Shown: positions 39,519-46,454 of the stretch, one piece after another
Numbering within the stretch: position 1 is the first letter of the stretch
Layout of the letters: every line of letters starts with the position of its first letter
IMG/VR virus record: IMGVR_UViG_3300032421_000005
Location: 1 to 46,454 of that record
Direction: 5' to 3' (one strand)
Length of the DNA stretch: 46,454 bases
Origin: a virus
Made by a program: the position numbers and the translations under genes
The notes under the pieces: model-generated
Database searches by the model: none
What the model was told of the DNA's origin: nothing
The model's input: the letters and a program-made list of their open reading frames with translations, nothing else

Positions 39519-40111
39519 AGCAGCACCTCTTTCGCCCGGGCAAGCTTCGCCATGCGATCCTCGATTCCGTTCGTGCCGCCGTTCACGGCGCGCGTTACCC
39601 GGGTAACGTCGTCAGCGTCGGCGGCGGCGTTGATGTGGTGCGAGCTCCAATAATCGCAGGCGATCAGGACTGAGGTAGCGGGCTCGGCTGCGAGCTCGGG
39701 ATTGGCTTCCAGATCCTCGCCGATACGATCGCCTACGGTGCGGTAGTTGGCGCGCCCAGTTAGCTGGAAACAGCCCCGTCCTTTGTAGCGATAGCCGTCC
39801 CCCGGGTACTTGTTGCCAAGGTCTGCGCGGCCCTCATATTTGCGCTGCGCCGCCGTCGGACCCCATATTTCCTCCATCCAGCGGAAGTTGCCCGTCTCGT
39901 GGGCGGCCTGGGCGATGAAGTGCGAAAGCCGCAGCGGCGTGTCGATCTCGTACCCGGGGAAGTGCGCTGCACACCCCTTGCCGAGCGGGATGCCCCTGTC
40001 CGCAAGTTGCCGGTTCGCGACATGGGTAAGGAGCGCCTGATAGGTGTACGGCCCCGCAACCCCGTCTGGCGTGACGCACAGCCGCTCTTGGATGGGGCGC
40101 CAGTCTATCAC
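39515..40111 (-). CDS. Endolysin, glycoside hydrolase family 19-like, with short N-terminal PG-binding-like segment, 198 aa
   Basis: AQAAHETGNF...YEGRADLGNKYPGDGYRYKGRGCFQLTGRANY. GTG 40111 (GTGA overlap with the upstream micro-ORF); track start 40207 is a TTG. Confidence 0.85.
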   Translation of the reverse strand: MIDWRPIQERLCVTPDGVAGPYTYQALLTHVANRQLADRGIPLGKGCAAHFPGYEIDTPLRLSHFIAQAAHETGNFRWMEEIWGPTAAQRKYEGRADLGNKYPGDGYRYKGRGCFQLTGRANYRTVGDRIGEDLEANPELAAEPATSVLIACDYWSSHHINAAADADDVTRVTRAVNGGTNGIEDRMAKLARAKEVLL

Positions 40112-40194
40112 CGCAGCCCCCACATCATCGGCTGATAACCAGCGTAGAGGAACGCGAGCCCAAGCAGCCCGCCGAGGAACAGGCAGAAGATCAT
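40108..40194 (-). CDS. Hydrophobic micro-protein, 28 aa (not in track); lysis accessory candidate
   Basis: ATGA overlap upstream, GTGA overlap with the endolysin. MIFCLFLGGLLGLAFLYAGYQPMMWGLR. Confidence 0.45.
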   Translation of the reverse strand: MIFCLFLGGLLGLAFLYAGYQPMMWGLR

Positions 40195-40520
40195 GGCGTG
40201 CCTCCAACCTTCTTTTCGATATCCGCGAGCCCTGCCCGGGTCTCCAAGCGGGCCTCGGAAACCACGCCCTGCATCGCCTTGCGAAGCTCCGGGATGCCGC
40301 TCGTGAACAGCGCGGTTTCGAGATGGCTGATCCGGTTGTCCTTGAGTTCGAGCTGATCCTTGAGCCATTCGACCGTGGTGCGCAGATCCGCGATCTGCTG
40401 GTGGCACGACTTGATCGCCGGTCGCATCACGAGGTTGCGGACGAATACCCACGTCCCGGTGCAAGCCGTCGCAAAGGCAGCCGCACGGCCTGCGGGATCT
40501 TCGGTTAGGTCCAAGCTCAT
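40191..40520 (-). CDS. Hypothetical protein with hydrophobic N-terminal segment and coiled-coil, 109 aa
   Basis: AAAFATACTGTWVFVRNLV followed by ...DLRTTVEWLKDQLELKDNRISHLE; ATGA-coupled. Confidence 0.65.
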   Translation of the reverse strand: MSLDLTEDPAGRAAAFATACTGTWVFVRNLVMRPAIKSCHQQIADLRTTVEWLKDQLELKDNRISHLETALFTSGIPELRKAMQGVVSEARLETRAGLADIEKKVGGTP

Positions 40521-40621
40521 TTCTTCACCGGCACAATCTCGCGCGGCGGGGCGCGGAAGGAGGCCACCTGCTCAGGCGTCATCTTCGAGACTTCGGCCAG
40601 GGCGCGTTCGAGGAGGGTCAT
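40517..40621 (-). CDS. Possible micro-protein, 34 aa (not in track)
   Basis: ATGA overlaps at both ends. MTLLERALAEVSKMTPEQVASFRAPPREIVPVKK. Confidence 0.4.
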   Translation of the reverse strand: MTLLERALAEVSKMTPEQVASFRAPPREIVPVKK

Positions 40622-41871
40622 GACCGCGACCTCACAACCTTGGTGGCACCTGTGCCGGCGGCGTTGAAAAGCAGCGCCGTCGTGTCTCCGACGCCGTCGA
40701 TGTCGATCGTGAAGTGGTCACACAGCGCGCCGATCGCACCGCCATATTGGCCGTTCCCGCCGAAGCCGTCGCCGTCGCCTGCTACAACCCTGGCGGTCCA
40801 ATCCACGGCACCCGAAACAGCCTCGAAGCCGTGGACGCCATTGCCGAACGCCATCACATCGAAGCGGCTGTTGTTGAGGCTTCCCGCGTAGTTGAGATAT
40901 ACTCCGTTGCTGCCGTTATCGACCGCGCGAACCTTGAGATCAGCGGAATCGGGCGGGTTCGTGATATAGAGCCCATGCCCGGCACAGGAACTCGCGCGCA
41001 GGTAACCCTCGACACGCTGGATCGCGCCAGTGCCGCCGAAGGTGCAACCATTCTGCGCCGATGTATCGCCGTTGAACCCGTTGATCCGAAGGGTGGCGAT
41101 AGTGTCACCACCTCCAGGATTGAGCAGCAGCGGCGTCCCGCATTTAGCAGCGATGCCCCCGATCACGATCGAGTTGCCGCTGATAATCTCAACCCCGGCA
41201 AGACAGTCCGAGGCAACAGCGTTTTCGAAATATAGATCAGGGGCTTCGAATACCTCGTTCGTGCCCATCTGAACCACGAGGCCGACGCCAGACGTGGGCT
41301 TGATAGCGTTCAGATAGGTCCGGCCGCGCAGATAGCCCTTCGAGCCACTATGATAGATACCCGACCAGCAGTTGCGGCCCCACATCTCATAGGACGTGAA
41401 ATCATTGCTGTTGTTGACGAGGAAGTAGCGGGTCGTCGCGCCAGAGGCCCCCGTGTCCGTGAAGAACTTGACCCGATCGAACACCCATCCCGCCACGGTC
41501 GTGGGCAGCGTGACGAAGTCGAACCCATGCGATGGGTTGTAGATATAGCCGTCGCCAAGCGGGCGGAACACGACGTTGGAGCAGCCCGCAGGCGGCGTCC
41601 ATCCGCTGTTGAGGCGCAAATAGCCGGTCCAGTTGACCTCGACGCCCCCGAGGGGATAGGCCGCGACAACCGCGTCAAGGGCGGCCGCGTCGCTGTCAAC
41701 GCCATTCAGCGACGCGCCATATTCCCTGAGATTGACGATGCGGTTAGAGGTTGAGCCATAGTCGCGGATCTGGTCCAGCGTCACACTCTTGCTGATTCCG
41801 CTATCCGAAGCGGCGAATATTTCAGACCCGGCCAATGAGGCGTCTGATGGGAGATCCGAGAAGCGGGTCAT
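40618..41871 (-). CDS. Tailspike-like beta-helix protein (putative polysaccharide depolymerase), 417 aa
   Basis: Gly/Asn/Val-rich repetitive beta pattern (...IISGNSIVIGG..., ...NGVYLNYAG..., ...NGVHGFEA...); ATGA-coupled to the fibre-like gene. Confidence 0.7.
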   Translation of the reverse strand: MTRFSDLPSDASLAGSEIFAASDSGISKSVTLDQIRDYGSTSNRIVNLREYGASLNGVDSDAAALDAVVAAYPLGGVEVNWTGYLRLNSGWTPPAGCSNVVFRPLGDGYIYNPSHGFDFVTLPTTVAGWVFDRVKFFTDTGASGATTRYFLVNNSNDFTSYEMWGRNCWSGIYHSGSKGYLRGRTYLNAIKPTSGVGLVVQMGTNEVFEAPDLYFENAVASDCLAGVEIISGNSIVIGGIAAKCGTPLLLNPGGGDTIATLRINGFNGDTSAQNGCTFGGTGAIQRVEGYLRASSCAGHGLYITNPPDSADLKVRAVDNGSNGVYLNYAGSLNNSRFDVMAFGNGVHGFEAVSGAVDWTARVVAGDGDGFGGNGQYGGAIGALCDHFTIDIDGVGDTTALLFNAAGTGATKVVRSRS

Positions 41872-42500
41872 GCTACCTCGTAGGACCCGGAGACCGTCAG
41901 GACGACGCCATCAGCCGCCGGGTACAGGTTGGCATAGGTCGTGATGTCCAAGACGCTGCCTGAAATGATGCCTTGGAGCATCAGGCCAGAGCCGCCGGTG
42001 GTTTGGCGCCCGGCTAGAACTGCAGGTGCGACGGCTGCGATCGGGAGAGTGATGCGAACAGCGGTCGCGCCCGTGCCGTTTGTCGTGACCGTCACGACGG
42101 CTTGGAAGTGGACGGTATTACCGATCCGGCTATAGCGGCTCGTTGCTGATTTGGTTGTTATCGAGCCAGCGATAGCGGTAACGGTCGGCGCGTATGTGGT
42201 CGTGTAAAGACTGGTGCCTGGCACTGGGTCGCTCGTGACCAAAGGCGACGTGGGCGGGTCGGTGTCTGCTGATGTGGTCAGGACAACCTTGTAATCCGCT
42301 GGCTGAAGCCAGATCGGGCCGAACCGCCCGTTCGCGTCAGCTACCACCGGATTGGCGTTGGGGGTGGCAAGCGCGCGATCGGAATAAGTGGCGAGCTTCG
42401 CCGATGTGCCGGTCGTGTAGAAAAACAGCTTCGCACCCGGCAGAACCGCGCTACCGCTGTCCAGGACGCTGAATATGCCAGTATCGAAGGGAACAGCCAT
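41868..42500 (-). CDS. Second tail-fibre-like protein, 210 aa
   Basis: MAVPFDTGIFSVL...LFFYTTGTSAKLATYSD..LATPNANPVVADANGRFGPIWL. The C-terminus YAPTVTA...YSRIGNTVHFQ parallels YTPTLTH...YLRVGNTVTVS of the 403-aa fibre. Start uncertain. Confidence 0.7.
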   Translation of the reverse strand: MAVPFDTGIFSVLDSGSAVLPGAKLFFYTTGTSAKLATYSDRALATPNANPVVADANGRFGPIWLQPADYKVVLTTSADTDPPTSPLVTSDPVPGTSLYTTTYAPTVTAIAGSITTKSATSRYSRIGNTVHFQAVVTVTTNGTGATAVRITLPIAAVAPAVLAGRQTTGGSGLMLQGIISGSVLDITTYANLYPAADGVVLTVSGSYEVA

Positions 42501-42712
42501 CCAGAGAAACCTTGCATCCTGGCCGAAGCCATTGATCGGATGTGGTTGTCTGAATGACGGCGCGGCCCACCACCGCGCGCGCAAGGTTGCGCTGTCGAGC
42601 GGACATTAGCCGACTTTGCGACGGAATGAAAGCGTGTTAGGCAGACCACATGAAGGTCTGGCAAGTTTTCCTGATACTCGGCTTGGCCTATGCTTTCGGG
42701 CGCAAGACCGGG

Positions 42713-45700
42713 TTAGGGGCGCTTCTTCTCGCCTTGCCCCTGCTCACCTGACGCAGCAGCGCTGCCTACATTCGCATTGTCGTTAACCGCGCTCATCAGC
42801 TTTTGCTGGAGCTGGATCACCTCATTGCGAATAGTCGGGTCGCGGGTGGCGATGTTCGATAGTCTTCGGATATGCAGCAGCGATGCCTCGCGCGTCTGCA
42901 TTTTGGGCGCGGCCGCCAGCCAACGGACCATTCGCGGTGATGTTAGAAGCCGCGAACTTATGTTCTGGATCGCCGCCGGTGACGCAAGCGCGGCCGCCAC
43001 AATGGGATGGCCGGTCAAGAGTGCAACAGCGGCTCCCGCCAGTCCTGTGTTGGTTTTATCGACGCTGATAGCACCTGCGGACCCAGAGGTGTTCGCATAC
43101 TTCTGAGCCTGCTTCATGTTGTCTGCCACCTTGGCGAGATCGTCCATCGCCGAGCGGAGTTCTCCATCGCCGAAGATCGTCGCCTTCGCTTCGGGCGTGA
43201 ACTCATTCCAGCGGGTCAGCCAACGCGCAGGTGAGAATGCATCCCCTTCCGCGTTTTGCGCCCCCGGTGTTGCCTCGCCCATCCGTTTAATCAGCTTGCT
43301 TCGCAAAGCCGTCGCTTCGTCAGGGCTCAAACTCTGAACCATGGCATTAAACCTGCGGCTGTCCCCACGGTTCATCGCCATCTTCTCTACAGCATCGAAC
43401 ACTGCCTCCCCGCTTTTCCCGGAAAGAGCCCCTTTCGCTTCGATGTCCTGCGCGCGGGTTGCCGCTTCGTCCATGATCTGACGCATCCCGCTTTGAGGAA
43501 CGAGATAGGATTTTGCCCGATCAGAGATGTCACCCCAGGCTTTGGCGAACCCTTTGGCTGTGAAACCATCCGGCCCATCTCCGGCGCGCGAGACAACGGT
43601 TGAGCGAATAATGTCCGCATCGGCTTTGGGGAGCGAGCGAAGGACTTGCCCGAACTTGGCGAAGTCACCCCCCGCCGCTTCTCGCGCAAGCCGCTCGATC
43701 TGGGCATAGGCCTCGTTCGCGGTGGCGTCCTTCCGCTGTCCCAAGAGGAGAGCGATCGGCCCATCAATACGCTTCTGTCGGCCATCATAATAATCATTAG
43801 CCCGCTTCCAGGCTTTGTAGGCTTCCGGGCCTTCCTTCCGGGCTGTGGCCTGCATGTCCTTGGACAGCGCGGCATAGAGCGTCCGCAATTGCCTCGGTGC
43901 GATCTTTTCGGAGAGGCGCGGGTCGTCGAGCATATCGCCAACGCGAGTCCGAAATTCGGATAAGTCATCCCAGCTCAACTTACCCCCGACCTTCTGGATG
44001 ATTGGAGGTTGATTGATCGCGGAGCCGCCCGGCATAACCTTAGGCGGGACAGGGATTTCCACATCTTCCGGCGTGAGCGCGTCGAGATAGGCTTTCAACC
44101 GAGGGCTTTGGAACATGGCAGACAGCTTCGGATTGCTATCCATGCCTGATGTCATATCCATCAGAGCCCCAACGGTGTTGCTAACTACAGACTCCGCAGC
44201 GGGCTCGATGGGTATGCGCCGGTAGAGCTTGGTGGCCCGGTCACTAGTCTCATCCATAAAACGGCGAGCGCCGCGTTGAGCAATCTGGCCTGCCCCCGTG
44301 GCGTCCTGAACCGGCCCCATGTTGCGGGTAACGGCGTCTCGGCTGTCCCTCACTGCGTTCGCTGCCCGGTCTAGGCCACGCTGCTCTACCGCTTGAACGG
44401 TCTCTCCAATCTCTCGAACAGGAGGCGACCCGCCGGCAAGACGGTCGCGTGCGTCGCGAAAGGATTCGACCGCCTTCTTTCCGGCGTTAACAATTCTCGT
44501 TACTCCATAAGGGCTCTGCGCCGTGCCAGCGGTCATCCGGCCGACAAGAGGGCCGCCCACATCAGCGGGCATGATGTCAACGCCCTGCCGTTCAGCAGCC
44601 TGCCTTACTGAAAACCTGTCGGCGGCTTCGGGGCCACCACCTCCGGGATTGCGTGGAGGCCGCGCCATATACAGATCCGACAGCTTGCCCAGCACCACCC
44701 CGCCAGCCGCGCCTGCCGCCGCGCCCTTCACGCCGCCAACAAATCGGTCGCCCAACGAATTGCCCGAGCCGACGCCGTAGAGCGCGCCCATGCCGCCGCC
44801 GACCTTGGCCATTTCGGCCGCCCCTCGCGCTTCAGCCCCAACAGGCATAGCGACAGCGCCCGCCAGTTGACCGAGTGGATACGCCCACGGATGGGCCGCC
44901 TCGTCTGCCGTCTTGACGGCGCGGGTGAATCTAAGCTCATCGGCAAAGGTCGTCGGCTTGTCGGCGGTCAGCGCGCGAACGCCAGCACCAAGCTCGTCGG
45001 CAAAACCAAGGCTGATCGTGTCAGCAGCACCCCGCAGCGCTGAACCGACCGCACCACCGCCTTGCTCTGCCACATCCTTGGCTGCTCGATCGGCGATGTC
45101 AGTCCCGGCATTGCCACCCTGTAGGGCGCCCGGAGCATTCTTCTCCCAATAATCAAGAATGTCCTGCTTGCTCGCACCCTTGTCGAGCAATTCATTGAGG
45201 CCAGCGCGGAACTCGGGAGATTGCCGCGCGGACGGTTGATCAATCTCAACTTTAATTGGGCCACCGTTCGGAGAGGCCACGTCGTCGATCGCGCGATGCG
45301 CCGCTTCACCCAGGCCGACTTCCTCTTGGGGGGGATTGGTCGGAGGTGGCACAGCATCATTGATCCCGAGCGCCTTGTCCGTTGCGCCCGGACCAGCCGC
45401 GACCTTGAGGCTTTCAATCACGCGTTGGCGCGCCGCCGCCTTCTGCTTGATTACCTCGTCCGAATCTCCGGTCTGCGGGAAGAAGACCGCATCCTGCTTG
45501 GACAACTCAGACGGTGAAATCGCTGCCCCCGATTCGTAACGAAGGGAAGCAAGGATGAAATCCTTCTTGGCCTGCTGCGCCATCTGCCTCGCTGGCGATG
45601 TATGCGAATTGACCATGTTCTCAGGCAGAAGTTCGCGCGCAATGTCGCCGCCATATCCCACTGGCGTCGTGCCATCTTGGACCGAGCCGTCAGGAAGTTT

Positions 45701-45940
45701 GAAGTTGCCAGCCGCCAGAAAGTCCTTATCCGCCCCTGCGGCGCGCTCATAGAACCCGGTGGACTTGCCCTGATATTCGGTGAGCGAGTTGCCGCTCGAC
45801 TTCTTCGGGGCGAGCCCTTGCGCCCGGTAAGTGTCCAGTTCGACCTGATGCTCAGGCTTGATCCGGCCAGCCACCTCCAGCTCGATCAGCTTGGCGATGC
45901 GCGGGTTCGTGACCGTCTGTGTGGGGTTCGGCTGTGCCAT
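42713..45940 (-). CDS. Large internal virion / ejection protein, 1075 aa
   Basis: Largest gene; Ala/Gly/Lys-rich with helical segments. Position after two smaller ejection-type genes, as in P22-like podophages. No tape-measure context (no tube, sheath or chaperone genes). Confidence 0.75.
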   Translation of the reverse strand: MAQPNPTQTVTNPRIAKLIELEVAGRIKPEHQVELDTYRAQGLAPKKSSGNSLTEYQGKSTGFYERAAGADKDFLAAGNFKLPDGSVQDGTTPVGYGGDIARELLPENMVNSHTSPARQMAQQAKKDFILASLRYESGAAISPSELSKQDAVFFPQTGDSDEVIKQKAAARQRVIESLKVAAGPGATDKALGINDAVPPPTNPPQEEVGLGEAAHRAIDDVASPNGGPIKVEIDQPSARQSPEFRAGLNELLDKGASKQDILDYWEKNAPGALQGGNAGTDIADRAAKDVAEQGGGAVGSALRGAADTISLGFADELGAGVRALTADKPTTFADELRFTRAVKTADEAAHPWAYPLGQLAGAVAMPVGAEARGAAEMAKVGGGMGALYGVGSGNSLGDRFVGGVKGAAAGAAGGVVLGKLSDLYMARPPRNPGGGGPEAADRFSVRQAAERQGVDIMPADVGGPLVGRMTAGTAQSPYGVTRIVNAGKKAVESFRDARDRLAGGSPPVREIGETVQAVEQRGLDRAANAVRDSRDAVTRNMGPVQDATGAGQIAQRGARRFMDETSDRATKLYRRIPIEPAAESVVSNTVGALMDMTSGMDSNPKLSAMFQSPRLKAYLDALTPEDVEIPVPPKVMPGGSAINQPPIIQKVGGKLSWDDLSEFRTRVGDMLDDPRLSEKIAPRQLRTLYAALSKDMQATARKEGPEAYKAWKRANDYYDGRQKRIDGPIALLLGQRKDATANEAYAQIERLAREAAGGDFAKFGQVLRSLPKADADIIRSTVVSRAGDGPDGFTAKGFAKAWGDISDRAKSYLVPQSGMRQIMDEAATRAQDIEAKGALSGKSGEAVFDAVEKMAMNRGDSRRFNAMVQSLSPDEATALRSKLIKRMGEATPGAQNAEGDAFSPARWLTRWNEFTPEAKATIFGDGELRSAMDDLAKVADNMKQAQKYANTSGSAGAISVDKTNTGLAGAAVALLTGHPIVAAALASPAAIQNISSRLLTSPRMVRWLAAAPKMQTREASLLHIRRLSNIATRDPTIRNEVIQLQQKLMSAVNDNANVGSAAASGEQGQGEKKRP

Positions 45941-46454
45941 CAGTAATCCAGATCATCCGTGCCGGATTTCACGGCACCATTGACGACGCCGATCAACGGC
46001 TGCGGCCCCCACTTGGTGATGCGGCCTTCCCGTTGACGGCTGAGCGCAAGATTGCCAGCGGCGACGCCTTCGGTCGCGCGGTTGTGGCGTTCGCGCTCGC
46101 TCGCATCGAGTTCCGCCCGTCGCGCTGCAATCTGTTCCTTGCCCGACAAGGCCCGCATCTGGAGGTCCTGGATCGTCCGAGGGTCATAGACGGTAGGGAG
46201 GTCGGGGAAATGCTGACCGTGGCCATATTGTTCATACATCGCCTTGGCCTGCGCCCTAGCAGCGTCATAGCTCGCCTGGTCGTGGACCCCGCCTAGCAAC
46301 TGGAGCGCGTTTTCGTTGATCTTGGCGTATGTCTCCAATTCCGCCTTTTGCGCATCGAGACGGGACTTATCGAAACTCATGGCACCGGGAATGTCACCGG
46401 CCGCAACGTAGGTTGCCCTGGCCTTCACGGGATCGATGGTCCCCGTGTTAGGGT
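45940..46454 (-). CDS. 3-prime part of the junction-spanning 242-aa coiled-coil virion protein gene (see 1..341)
   Basis: Stop at 45940-45942 (TGATG overlap with the start of the 1075-aa gene). The frame is open to the window end. The track start at 46428 is an internal GTG. Confidence 0.8.
   Translation of the reverse strand, partial: PNTGTIDPVKARATYVAAGDIPGAMSFDKSRLDAQKAELETYAKINENALQLLGGVHDQASYDAARAQAKAMYEQYGHGQHFPDLPTVYDPRTIQDLQMRALSGKEQIAARRAELDASERERHNRATEGVAAGNLALSRQREGRITKWGPQPLIGVVNGAVKSGTDDLDY
46328..46454. repeat. Terminal overlap, copy 2 (identical to 1..127)
   Basis: Exact 127-nt identity with the window start. Confidence 0.95.

Overview
The window is a closed circle. Its first and last 127 nt are identical, giving about 46,327 unique bp. 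It looks like the complete genome of a temperate, short-tailed dsDNA phage from a high-GC, probably proteobacterial, host.

Layout:
1. A leftward late operon runs from about 15910 down through base 1, wraps across the junction, and ends near 37008. In order it encodes a small wHTH protein, TerS, TerL, portal, a GroES-like co-chaperonin, scaffold, decoration protein and major capsid protein. These are followed by an inserted EndoVII/HNH nuclease gene, a beta-helix protein, an adaptor-like protein, a P22 gp10-like hub and a tail fibre. Next come a hydroxylase plus GNAT cassette, three ejection-type proteins (one of 1075 aa), a second fibre-like protein and a tailspike. The operon closes with a lysis cassette and an SGNH esterase.
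2. A leftward early operon runs from a cro-like gene (24112) to a Toprim/RepA-type primase-helicase (16161). It includes Sak4-like, DUF669-like, DUF1064-like and Cas4-like genes, and ends in an iteron cluster and a terminator.
3. A rightward cI-like repressor operon (24192..25364) carries two cargo genes.
4. A second rightward operon (25497..30132) has an operator matching the cro promoter. It encodes many tiny proteins, an HD-domain alarmone-hydrolase-like protein, Xis and a tyrosine integrase. It ends at an attP core that contains the 3-prime part of a tRNA-Pro(UGG)-like sequence.
5. An accessory island beside attP (30345..33347) holds a T5orf172-type gene, an RHH regulator, small ORFs and a tnpA-less TnpB element.
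6. A rightward operon (33348..36851) runs from an Xre-type HTH gene to a Lar-like protein.

There is no tape measure, sheath or tube gene, no CRISPR array, no rRNA and no complete tRNA.

All family assignments rest on motifs read by eye and on gene order; no database search was possible. Many long ORFs in the track are antisense or out-of-frame artefacts of the high GC content. Several real genes under 60 aa are absent from the track and were recovered from ATGA/GTGA/TGATG stop-start coupling.
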